A DNA stretch of 62,334 nucleotides, the filler included, from Choristocarpus tenellus KU-1152 (Eukaryota > Protista > Phaeophyceae): the NCBI GenBank assembly GCA_964200185.2. It is 10 parts of 10 records of this genome, joined end to end, with 100 filler letters (N's around TTAATTAATTAA, not from the genome) between each part and the next. Parts side by side here need not be neighbours in the genome. Positions count along the whole stretch, not along the records: positions 29,578 to 38,591 come from CAXNAD020004080.1; positions 38,692 to 44,728 come from CAXNAD020009102.1; positions 44,829 to 53,812 come from CAXNAD020004125.1; 7 more parts are not named here. One strand, given 5' to 3'. Of the stretch, positions 37,211 through 49,411 are shown piece by piece. The notes under the pieces were generated by a model, which did not search any database, was not told the origin of the DNA, and was given only the letters and a program-made list of their open reading frames with translations. The stretch's first letter is position 1. Each line of letters opens with the position of its first letter. A program made the translations under genes and the position numbers.

Positions 37211-37284
37211 GCCCCCGGTGGAACAGTGATATCTCAATATTTGACAGAAATCAAATGTCCTGGGATCGAATCCTGTCTGGACCA
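37211..37284 (+). pseudogene. Degenerate tRNA-like sequence (tRNA pseudogene or SINE head)
   Basis: About 74 nt, with an A-box-like TGGAACAGTGA, a stem ATTTGA/TCAAAT with a 6-nt loop, a B-box-like GGATCGAATCC and a CCA end. The acceptor stem pairs poorly and the anticodon cannot be assigned. Confidence 0.55.
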
Positions 37285-37329
37285 CTTTCCCGAATCCCCC
37301 CCCCAGTGGGAGGATAAACAAACAATATA

Positions 37330-38520
37330 CTCCATCTGACTGTGCCGTTAAGTCGTAGCTCTTCGAGACGACTTCCAGTTACAAAACGGATTTTTGCGTT
37401 GGAATCCTTGGAATATTCTATGTTAAATAACACTTATGTTTCGACTTAATCAGTACCATCAATCCACCAATCCAGCGCCGCGTTGCAGGCAACTCAGTCT
37501 ACTTCAACCGATATAGCCAACCCGCCCTACCTCTGCCTATTTTTCTTGGTCCCCATGTGCTCTACCTCAAAATCGCCCCCCCCTCCTCCCCAGCGCTCTT
37601 AACACCTGATCATATCTCTTGAGCAGACCCTGCCACACCCTCTCGAGCATGCCTGTGTCGCATGCATGGAACATGCTCTAAACTCCCTCTGCAGGGTCTT
37701 CAATGGTGCCGTAGCATTCCACCCCAAAACCTTGCTCTTCAGGGATGCAAAAAAACCCAACCAAATAGTTGATGTTGAGATCCAGCGACTGCACTGCCTG
37801 CGTCACGAGCTTACTTTCCCATCTCTATGTCCTCTCTACCTGCGGCACTCGGCTTCGCTGGTATGCAGGGTCACGCTGTCCTGCTGTAAACCCCCCCCCC
37901 ACCCCCCCCTCCGATTCCAATCAGGGTAAACTTTTCCTTGATAACTGACCACAGTTGCTCCGTGTACCAATCCTGGCACCAATCAGGATCAACAGTGACA
38001 TCAACGTCACACTCCACACCCTCCATGCACCGCTCTGTAATCCATTACATTACGCCTCCTTCACAATGCAAACCCGCCAGATCCTGATCTTGGCGTCAAA
38101 ATCACTGGAAGGATCTGGGCTCGAAGCAGCAGAGATGAACGAACATCACATTGAGAATGTGACCCTTGTCCTGCGCCTTCCTTGATCCCCCCAACTTTTC
38201 CCCCTCCCCCCGGGAACATCGGCACCATCTCTCCGTCTCGGATGAGGTAGAACCGTGCCTCGTCGATGCGAGTCGTGTTGAGGCCAGGCCTGTACATTTC
38301 GCAATTGTGGGAGATCTGCTCCAGGATGAAGTTCACGTGATCCTTCTTCTGAGAAAAGGCCAGGGGTGACGCACCGCTGCACCCTCGTTGCTCCCATGGC
38401 ATGGAGCCAGCGCTGAAGCTCTGAGCCGCCGGCTGTGAGACCCGCTTCAGCAAGCTTGACGGGAAGTTGGTCGAGAGTCAGTGTGCGATTACGGATGTTA
38501 ATTTCCCGGATCCTCTGTCG
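37330..38520 (-). mobile_element. Second decayed mariner copy related to 32365-34052, truncated by a family A MITE fragment (about 38524-38591) and the contig end
   Basis: Same terminal block ta|ctccatc...gttaagtcgtagctc...ttacaaaacgga...gcgttggaatccttgga; motifs RIDEARFYL, LQQDS and QSLDLNINYL. Confidence 0.88.
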
Positions 38521-38710
38521 TTTGGGCTGAAGCGTTTAAGAGGGTGGGAGTTTTGCCCTGTTTGCCCGTTTGGGGCTTGGCTTCCCACGGGNNNNNNNNN
38601 NNNNNNNNNNNNNNNNNNNNNNNNNNNNNNNNNNNTTAATTAATTAANNNNNNNNNNNNNNNNNNNNNNNNNNNNNNNNNNNNNNNNNNNNTTACCCTCC
38701 CCCCCCCGCG

Positions 38711-38745
<35 letters not shown>

Positions 38746-38839
38746 ACCCTCTAGAATACTTTGGGCCAGTCTCACCTCCACGCCACCAACCCCTGCAATC
38801 ATTCTTTGTCGTCCACATGCACATGTGAATGACTCTCCC

Positions 38840-40530
38840 TGTACCCTTCTGTATCAGATGGAAGCCAAAACCAAAGAGCACAAAACACACGATCAGACTC
38901 ATTTGCAACATAAAGCTCATCGTGCCATCTAGTGCAACCTCCTTTGATGGAAACATGCAATTCCAGGTGCAGTCATCGACATGGACGCAAATCACAAAAA
39001 AAAGTAGGAACATCAAACTCAACACATCAAACTCAACACATCAAACTCCACAGAGTCAGATACTAAAAAAGCACCATCAGGGATACAGTGAAGTGACATC
39101 ATGATCTTCTCATAGTGCTGCCATGTTCGTTCACAAAAAAAAAAACTTCCACACGGTAGTCTCAGTATCCACATCTCGTAGATCAGGCTTTATCAGGTAA
39201 CCCTCACCCCTGTCACATAGTCAACCTGTTCCAATGACTACAGAGTCATAGGGTCATCGAATTTAGTCCATTCCTATACTAGAACCACACACTGAACCTG
39301 ACCCTGAACCTGGACCTGAACTTACCTTGAGCAATCTGCGTGATCCTCTTGTAGGATACTACATGGACCCCTACACAAATACCTGAGCCCTGTATCTATT
39401 TGTACAACTGTCCTTTAACCATAAACATGCCAAACGACCACCTCTCTTGCTCTGCCGGGTTTAGTCTTATATTGTCCGGAATATTCCACATTCCAAACCA
39501 CCCCCAATAAAGCCACACTAATCCCATCACTCCTCCATATCCAAACCCTATGTGTGTATCCTCCACAATCTCTACTCTTTCCTTTTCACCATCTAATGTC
39601 AGTTACAAATCATAGCACTAACAGCATATGGAGTACCAAACCATCACATTGAATCAAATTAAAATAAACTTAAATTTTAAATATACCGAATGTAAGGTCT
39701 CACCCCACAGGACCCTCAGAAGCCCCTCCTTGCTCATGGCCTGCTATCATCATCAGGACGTCATTGTCCAGGGAGACCACAAAGGGAAAGAGCTCTGTCA
39801 CCAAAAACACCATCACAACCACCACTGAGTATAGCTTTTGATGGGAACGTGGAGATGGAAGTGCAATCATGATGCATGCAACCATGGGGTAGGTGAAGCA
39901 AGTGTTTCGAGCAAGTGGCAGGCAGGGGGGGGGTAGAGGAGGTGTGGATGCCACGACAAATCACGTATGTAGGATCTCGTTTTTGTTTTCCTCATCAAGA
40001 TATTATTGTAGGAGGATCAATTCCCAAGGCACTAAACTGCAACATGGGGGAAATGAAGGCACCACTCCTTGTAAGGACAAAAGTACAGTACAAGTTGAGA
40101 ACCGATGAGCCAAGCCAAGAGGACAGCAAATCCCTCGCCTTTACAAGCACAGCAGTACTCTCCTGAAGCGAAACATATTTTTTTCTTTATTTCTTTCATC
40201 CTGTGAGGAGGGATGACATGCACAAGTCCATAGACCCTCGACTCCTAGAAAACACCACAGGAATGTACTGTGGTGTACGCCTTTAATCAAACAAAAACTC
40301 TACGCAACAGAGGGGGTACAGTACTTCTGTTCACTGCATAATTTCCTACTTAAAAAAAAAAATATGAATACTAATGCCAAAGGAAAAATTAAAAAAACTA
40401 ACCAACCTCCTGTTTCAGACTGGTCCCCCCTGATACCCTCGCGTACTCCAAGACTGCTGTTAGGGTGGACACAGCCCATACTACCCTTGCCGCTGTCCAC
40501 AGGAGAACAACACGCCCAACCTGGGAAGGC
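38840..40530 (-). CDS. Possible multi-exon gene of unknown function (short exon-like blocks)
   Basis: AG...GT-bounded open blocks near 40410-40520, 40103-40162, 39703-39825, 39326-39358, 39155-39208 and 38845-38980 (for example ..CTRWHDELYVANESDRVFCALWFWLP..). I could not fix a unique frame path or a family. Confidence 0.3.
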
Positions 40531-41199
40531 ATTGTAAGAGGAAGGGAAGGCATTGTAAGAGGAAGAGGTAAATGTCTCATGTGGAGAGGAAAAGATCTGG
40601 ATCTGGATGCAAAAGGCGGAAGAGCAACGATGAAAAGTGGCAACTGAGAGGGGTGAGATTAAAGAGAACGGGCATAGGAGGTCCAATAAGCAGAAGAGAG
40701 AGTGTGAGGAGCTTGCGATTTCTACACAGTTGCAGATATCAAACCAGATCAAATCTTGGTCGAATTGATGTAGATACATTCCAGACTAAAGGAACCAAAA
40801 TTGGGCACATAGAATGGGTAGCACCAAGGAATGAAGAAGAAATATTGTAGTTCAGAGCAGGGTTGGCTGATGGGATGTTACATGCGGTAAAACTTAACTG
40901 TAGTCAACGGCAGTGGACTTGATAAGCCTTAAAATGTGCTAAAAAAGACATATCAAAGAACATTTTGTTCAATGCGACGATGAGACAGTATGACATTACA
41001 ATTATACATATTTTTATATATCAACCGCCTCAACCATAAGTACATTTTTTGGTTTTGGCACTTTTGGCACTGACATTTCTCCCCATACTACTACTAGTAT
41101 TGACCTCCCCCTCCCCCTCTACTTCATAGGCACCTTGTGCAGGCGTTTCTTGGAGGCAACAGATTTGAATGGGAAGCCGGAGAAGTTGCAGGTAAGGTA

Positions 41200-43400
41200 C
41201 AGGAAAAGAAGGACCAGTAGAATGGGCAGCAAGAAGTTCACTGTTGTAAGTGTCAGGTAAATGGATGCCAACACAACACTCTGCAGGCACATAGCAATGC
41301 ATGTGGGACAAACATGATGCAGCCACAACAGGGCATGGGATGCATGGGGCAGGGGGGAGGTTGGTGCGGAGATAGTGTGCACCAGGTCACAGTTTCAGCT
41401 GGGACAGGGCATACAAAACTGTTTCAGGATTTAGGTTCTTGACGAATACTGGAACAAGCACTGGTGGGGATGAGGGAGTCCAGAATTCCAAGCTTTCTAC
41501 TCAAATGTTCAGTTTTGCGACTTGCTCTTTCATCACCAAGCCCAAGACACGCCAAAGAAAACCTCTCTCCCTAGCTCCTAAGGTTGCGCACCAGGCTGCC
41601 ACAAAGTCATGTTCAGCAAAAGGGAGAAAACCCAACAGAAATTGCCCTGTGATTATATCACACTGCACTTTTATCTCTATACACCTTATCGAACTTGGGT
41701 AAGAAGAGTAAGGCATACAGCACCACCTGGCCTGCATACAACACTGCATTAAACACCATGTAGCCCAGCAGAAGCTGTCGCTTATACAGCGATGAAGACA
41801 ACCAGTGCTTTCGAGACTTAAAAGGGGCAACAAGCAATAAGTCAGCAAGAGGGGAAGGCGTTGCTGTGAGACAGATGGCGTTGTTGCGATATCGATGGCA
41901 TTGTTGGCAAGGGGCGTGTGGAAGGGGGGTGAGAGGGCTGAAGTTGGGATGGATGCAACGATGTTTGGAAGGGCTTTGCTCATGCTCAGTAAAATACAAT
42001 TCAGTATCCACAGTGCAGACTCTCCAATGCCAATCTACCCATTCAGAATGCCATGCAGGTGTCAAACATTTTGGTACTGTGGTCACACTCCAGGTATCAT
42101 CTACAGGTACAGACTGGAAAAAAAAAATCGCTCTAAATTGCACAAGCAATAAAATCCATAACCTGTTGGAGCAAAATTGTGTCTGTGACTGGGACCCTTG
42201 TGTTGAGTGGGATGTTCTGTGTAGAGAGAGGTATGGGTTAGATGATTGCCAAAGCTCGACTAGATCTACCTTGAAAAACAATAGCAACACCATACTCTAT
42301 TCTTCAAAGTACGTTTTTGGAGTTGGAGATATTTTTGAAGTCACCTGTAGGTAAGCTTCTGCCCACACCACTGCCAGTAGTGTGAAGGCACTAATGCTGA
42401 TGAAGTCTGGCAGGTCAAAGAGGACCTGCGTGTTCACACCAACACACCATTGCACACACATCAAATGGCAATTGTGTAACCTCAAGGCTTTGAAGGCAAT
42501 CAACGACCACCAAGGTGATCAGGGAGGGTTAAAAATGATTAATGAACCCTGGCAGGATGGATAAAAATAGGAGGAGATACACCAGTATTATCCACGCTGC
42601 AAAATGGTGACCTCAGCTATTGGGGGGATTCACAAATTGAAGACATATTTTTGGCAACTTCAAAAACAATGAGACCTTCAAGGAGGGAGAAAGGCCTGTT
42701 TTGTAGTACATCACAACCACAATGTAATCTTGAGGTAACCCTCTATTGAAAAAATATATGAAGTACACCATACAGTCAAAACCAAACCCTGCAGTCAATT
42801 CTAACCCCTGTGTACGGTAGATGTCTCTCCCCCAATCATCACAGCTACCATCACTTGACCTCCCCTTTGTTCCCAAACTGCTGGTGATGATACAGTAAAA
42901 CTGCCTAAACCTTCTCATGTTTTAAACAGGAATGGGAACGGGGTTGCGTTTCAGTTGTTGAAGTGCAGTGTGGCTGCAAGATGAATTGATGACTGAATGA
43001 TGGATTACCCTTATAACATCATTGATATACCTCATGCTGTCATACCAACTCGCCAACCTCCTGATATACAGTCTGCAGCAACCTACGATTTACCATCCAA
43101 ATACTATGACCTACGCCATTATGGCTATGTTCATCCCGGATTTGGAAGCACTGTTGAAAATAGCTCACCATCATGGTCTTGTCATAGAACCTCTGATCAG
43201 GGTCTTCTGGCCTGGTAGCACTCAAGGTACCCCTACCACCGATACGAATGCTCTGAATGTTGAGTGCACCTGAGCTTGTTTTGGTGTTAGCAACATGAAG
43301 GAAGGAGTTGGGAAGTCAAAGAGAAGTGAGTGCACATGCCGATGTAGGGATGTGGACGGAGAATGGAGGCCAGCCTTGTTTGCCCAGCATAAACCTTCAT
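41200..43400 (-). mobile_element. Possible heavily decayed MULE transposase with a SWIM-like Cys cluster
   Basis: Frameshifted fragments in a plausible order: PEDPDQRF, HQF/HLAA..TSTTET, VQWCVG, EAY/..DFK and CCGCIMF...LCAC. The resemblance is at motif level only. Confidence 0.4.
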
Positions 43401-43610
43401 GATAGGCGATAGAAGTAGCATTTATGCAAGAAATATTTTCTTTCCCTGTCCTAGGAACGAGGCTGTGATACAACGGCCTTTGTTGTCAGGGTTTCTCAAA
43501 CTTAAACAGTGCAGCAGAGACCAGGAGTATCTTGTACCCTGTCAGTGACATCCAGATAAGAAAGAGACCGTAAGAAAATTCCTTGCCTTCACCTTCCTTG
43601 TCGTAGGAGA

Positions 43611-43811
43611 GAGCCAAAGTATCTTAGAGGGTAGAGCCGTGTCCATTTGGGGACCAAAATCCAATGTTGCGATTTTGATTAAATTTTGGCTATCATGTTT
43701 GTTAAGAAGTGCAAATATTTTGGAGTAGGAAAAAGCATAAAAGAACCCGGAAAGTCAAGCCCGAAATGGACAAACAGGGAAAAACTCTTACCCTCTGAGG
43801 TACCTTCACTC
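43611..43811 (-). mobile_element. MITE family A copy with an internal deletion (201 bp); 3-bp flanks AGA/AGA
   Basis: gagccaaagtatcttagagggta ... taccctctgaggtaccttcactc. Confidence 0.88.
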
Positions 43812-44828
43812 AGATCCATCGTACCCATGACCGAAAACGATGTTACCTTTACTATGGCGACACTTTTCAGTAAAACTTGTAAAGCTGCCTATACCCAAAG
43901 CGGGGCCGTCGAGGAACCAAATTAAAAAGCACGGAGGCGGATAACGACTTCTATCGTTACATTCATTTTGAGCTTATCTCAGTGCCATCACACTTTCTCA
44001 GGCACCACCGTAGATACTGTGAAGCTGGCTATAACAGGATTTTCCTATGCAGTGAGTCGCACAAGTCGATGACAGTACTAACCGTGACGCAATGATGCAT
44101 CAACAACAATTAAACGTCCATAATCTTGGGACTAAACCTCAGTAATATTCTGGTTATGGGGAGAAAATCACGAATCAGTTGCATTCCCCTTACCGATGGT
44201 AACGAAGCCCATGGTCCTTGTCAGACACGATAGCAACACACTCATAGCAAACAGTTTCTTCGTGTCCAGGGATGGTGAGTAGCGGTGTAACATACGTAGC
44301 TTGGCCGCGGCGTGAAAGAAGGCCATCTGCACGATTAAAATATATCATTAGATAACATACAACCAGGGCTTAAGTCGGTTCTGTGCAGTTTGGCACGAGG
44401 TTGTCGCACACAAACTGCAACACAACAAATTTTGAAGGCAGGGTCCTCAGGAAAGCTATGGCATCTTAGAGCGAATCCAATTGATCCGTATACATCCATT
44501 ATATTTCTTTGGTGGATGATGACTACCACCAGTCGATCTAATCATTGCCTCGCTGTGGCAGGAAACAGCTTGTTTCCAATAATTTATCATTTTTCCTGTC
44601 CGTAGATACGTGTTTGGATAGAACAGGGGCGTTTATTGATTACAAGTGAGTCAACCCTTCCGGGTATTACATAACCTCACCAGGTACAGGAGGGAAAGGA
44701 GAACCGGTGCAGCCCCAAGCTGTCCAAGNNNNNNNNNNNNNNNNNNNNNNNNNNNNNNNNNNNNNNNNNNNNTTAATTAATTAANNNNNNNNNNNNNNNN
44801 NNNNNNNNNNNNNNNNNNNNNNNNNNNN

Positions 44829-46183
44829 GTTGTTCACTATGCAAACACAGTACATCAAATATCCTTCAAAACATGGCCTTCGATCTATTATGATTCAACT
44901 CTTCGTTAATAGCATACCATTGCCCCAAGCCCCTGAACTGTATTTTCCTGAAAGTGTTTCAAGAACTCCAAATGTTCTTTTGACATTTCTTCCACCCATA
45001 CCGCTGACAACTCTTTAAAAAAATATATCCTTAACTCACATTTCACTTGCATATGTGGAAAAGACAGGCTGCTAAGGTGCTTCAAGTGCAGGAGGAAAGG
45101 GGGCAAAGAGTTACATACTTAGGAAGGACCATAATCTCATTGTAAAGATCCAGGATGCCATTAATATCTTGATTTTAGACAGCAGCAAGAATGCAAAAGG
45201 TGTGGTGTCAAGGACTCTTATGTATATATTTATATAATACAGTTGGGTACATTACAGTGGCTGCTTATAAACAATCACACCTTCATTTCGGAAGAGCCAT
45301 AGCATCAGCAGTATTCTCATACCATAAGATCAAAAACATCATCTTATCCAATAAATTATTCACTCCAAGGGATTGGAACAAACGAAATTCCATTGTATGA
45401 AGTTCAGTGAACAAAATATTAAGTTGTAATAACTAGACTCAATGTATCTGGGGGGGAAAGGGGAGGTCTACACCTGGTTGTCAATTCGGGCCCTGACCAG
45501 GACAAATGACCTCATGTTATCCAATTGACTCATGCAACCAAATCACCAAAAATCGCGACATGGAAAAATGGACCCTGAATGGACAGCAGCCACCCCCTCT
45601 CAGATACTTCGAGCCACTAACAGTACAACCTGAAAAAGTTACTTGCTTTTTTTAATTTGAGGGGAAATCGGCATTGAAGTAATGAGAACCACACAGCCTT
45701 CAACACTATGGAAGACGATTGCATTGCATGGGGTGAAGGAGGTCACCCCCTCACTGCAGCAGCGCCTTGAACCCTGCAACATATATTCACATAAACACTC
45801 GACAGAACTATTCTAAATGCACACTTTGAATAGTAGTGCATTCCCTCCACCAACATCTCCCAGGTGTGTCACTCCTTTCAACGGCCAACATCATATCCCT
45901 TCCGAGATGCAAAACGTGTCCTAGGGAGAGTTGTGTGAGAAGCCAAGGTTTGATTTTTCAGCGCAATATAGGGCATCATGAAAACAAAAATGTTGATCTT
46001 CAGAAATTCTGCACCACAACTAGGAACTCCATTCAGGATATTTAGACCTTTGAATGCACTTCAGGAAAATACAGTTCAGGGGCTTGGGGCAATGGTATGC
46101 TATTAACGAAGAGTTGAATCATAATAGATCGAAGGCCATGTTTTGAAGGATATTTGATGTACTGTGTTTGCATAGTGAACAAC
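44829..46183. repeat. 124-bp inverted repeat pair (44829-44952 / 46060-46183)
   Basis: The arms are exact reverse complements by eye, and the left arm starts at the first base of the contig. Confidence 0.93.
45436..45615 (+). mobile_element. Full diverged MITE family C copy (about 180 bp)
   Basis: gactcaatgtatctggggggg ... cccctctcagatacttcgagcc; the internal tgcaaccaaatcacc is shared with 26042-26148. Confidence 0.7.
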
Positions 46184-49100
46184 TGTGAATGGAGAAGTTT
46201 GTTTCAAATTTGCATCCCAAAATTATCCCAAATCCCAGCTTTCTTCACAGCCAATCAGTTGTGTCTATGTGCTAAAATAACACACAAGACAATTACTGCA
46301 CCAGATTCCCCTTCAAAATGTGTGCATGAATAGGCGTAGCTGTGGGTGATAAGAGATGTACCCTCAAACCCTCGTCTCTCATGGAACTTTACAGTTTGCT
46401 GTAACATTATGGCAATTACCCCCCCCCCAAACTTTCATATGGAGCCTCCATACATTATATAGCAAGAACGTCCAGTTTCATTATCACAAACACCCATTAT
46501 ACATTGAACAATCCATCCCCTCATTCTCACACACAGGGCCCATTTCTGTTTTCACAGCCACATATGCGTTACACCCCCCATGCATACCTTGGACCATGTG
46601 ATGCTGAGAACCCCCTACCCCCTACTTCCTATCTCCTGTGCACTCTGGAGAGTAGAGGTGTTGTTAAGTATTTGAAGTTCCTCTGCTCCTAGGTACATGG
46701 ATGCGTGCTCCTTCATCTAGTCCTCCACCAGTGAGGTCGGGTCATCTACCCTCCCCATGTCACTACTACAAGGTGAACGGTATGTTCTCACCCTGAGAGA
46801 AGGGGCTACCACAGTGCACATGGCGGCGAAGGATTACACTCCTGGGGGAGAGGTGTTTCCCCTCGAGATCAAGATCAGCAGCACAGTAGTAGTTGCAGCA
46901 TGGATGGTGGCCACAGAGGCCAGTGGGATATCTAGAAAAGATGCAACAGTGCAAGCATGCTGAGGAAAAACAGCTCTACAGCACAGCTCTCATCAAGGGC
47001 CAGTTCACCTTGAAAATGCATCAAACACAAAAGTAACTTCCACTGAATCAGCAACTAATTTCCTTGCTCTGAATAAGTACTCGAGTACGAAGATCACTGG
47101 ATTAGAGCTCTATGGAAAATTCGAGGTACAAAATATGGAGCAGAGGGACGAAGAAATACAATTCCAGCAGCGCCTTCAATCTCAGAAGGTATGTTCTTAC
47201 CCACGGATGGAAAGGAGCAGTGAGTAGTCTCAAATGACTCAGGCTGTTAATATTTCTGTGGCTGTTGAGGCCCACGAACCAAGGGGGATCGGGATGGGTA
47301 GACAACGCGTATGGCTGGGTATAACTATAGCTGTCTACAATCTCAAGTAGGGAGTCGCAACTCCAAGCTGCCAGCTATACAGTGCAACATCGCCTTGTCA
47401 TGTGTCCTTGTGTGTTGGAAGGCCAGCTACCTCCAGTACTCCAATCACCCACTCAGAAATTCTTTTTGAGCTCGATCGGGAAATGCACGACTGCCACTTG
47501 CGTCAAATCCCAAAACGACCAACATATGGCGAACAAGGACTCGAACATCCTCCTCGGGGAAACCCCCTGGCAGACACAGTCTTTGCTATCCTTCCCCATT
47601 CATCGGTACTTCATGACTTTGCTTTGTCTCAAACAAATCTCAGCTTGACCGTTTTGACTTTTGTCCTACTATTATCGAATTTAGCTATCGATTTACGATT
47701 TTCACCAAAAAAAAATTCCCATCATAATTTTCTTGGGGGATAATTTTTGCGAGAGGAGGTTTGTTGACTGAAGCACTTACCATATCTCAAGCACATACAT
47801 CTCTTCAACAAACCATCAATTTGATAGTCCCCTTTTTGAAGGAGAAAAGTGTTGCTTAGTAGAGTTTATGTATTCGTTCACCCACTCGTTACTATTTTCT
47901 TTTTCTTATTATTGGGCAACTCTTAGTGTGTGATTGTTCATTGTTTGCGATCTTTTCCAATAAAACGATACCTATATCATTTTTACTTGAAATAAAGACC
48001 TACAAGTAGCGTGAGGGTAGATTCTCACGTTCTGTATGAACGGACATAAGGGTACTTTTACGTGCAATATTCCCGTCATCCTAGATCTGAAACTTTGCTA
48101 TGTGTGAGCGCGCATATACACAATGCACTTAAAGTAATACAACCTACCCAAGTTCAACACAGTGCCGTTTCTAATGGTCCGCTCATCAGTGGTATGCCAG
48201 CGTACCTTTCAAATTGTGTCACAATGTTCCATTCACTTCCCACTAGGAAGTATTTGTGTGGTCCTTGCCATTGCCCGTGTAGTAAATTAAACGTCATCTT
48301 CAACTAAAAAAAAATGTACCTCTTCTCTGGTAGCTCTGCAGACCTCACTTGATTGGTTGCAATCTTTCGAGTACTGCTGCAATCGAAATTTTAGGTATTG
48401 AGCTCCAAAGCATTTACTATCCAACACATCTACCTATGTTTGCACACATAAGATCTCCTCCCTTGAATAACCATCCCTTTGCACATGCTCGTAAAAACGC
48501 CTCTCTCTTTTCAAGTTTCGCACCACCAGAAGGCGAGATCTTATGATACATCATGATAACACGACATACAAATGATGTAAGGGATCAAACTCAATATGCC
48601 ATGTACTGTTGAGGAGATAAAAACTATTGTATGACATGGCTAAATAAATCAGTGCACTGTATTGGGAAAGCTACTCCTAGTAAGGGCCACAAGTAGACTT
48701 ACTCCTCATACAGAAGTACCTACTACCACAATAGTTGAGCGCTAGGCTTGAAGTATTTGATGTACACAGTTTGCAGAGCACAAATTTGGTACAGATGTAG
48801 TGGTGAGGAATTTCTGTATCCATGTTCATTCATCTACTAGAGTTACAGTTCCTCCTTGACATAATTCACTCATATTCGCAAACAATTACTCTGCAAATAA
48901 CTGACAGGAACTCAATACAGCTGCAATTCTTAATGCGAAACACACAGAGTGATAACCATTAATGAAAATATTTGTTTCAAACCCCTAGCATAACATGCCA
49001 GACACTAATTTGTCTCCAACACGGCTATTCTGCAGATGGATCTCGATCGGCTATGCAGAGGGACCTATTCTAGTGCAGCACTTCTGATGGTGATCACTTA

Positions 49101-49411
49101 TGTGTGTCTGACAAAAGGTGTACAGACCTATGATTGCTACACATATACAAGACAAAAACGGTTTGGAACAAATAGACAAAAAGAAACACACAAAGCATTA
49201 TACACCCCAAGTACGAATTATGGCGCGATAGGGACTACCAATTATCGTTGAAATATACTTGCAAAATTACACTTAGTGATTCCCCTACCACTTTACTCTT
49301 TGCTTCCAGGGACAAGCATGGTAAAACGGGCGAATCAATGACTCTCCACTTCCATAATGTTTGAAGGAAATACGCAAGTATAGGTGAGACCTACAGATCT
49401 CCTAAAGAGGA

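Noticed and set aside
43850-44728. Short exon-like blocks on the minus strand (LGQLGAAPVLLSLLYL; MAFFHAAAKL)
   Set aside because: They could not be chained into a supported gene model.
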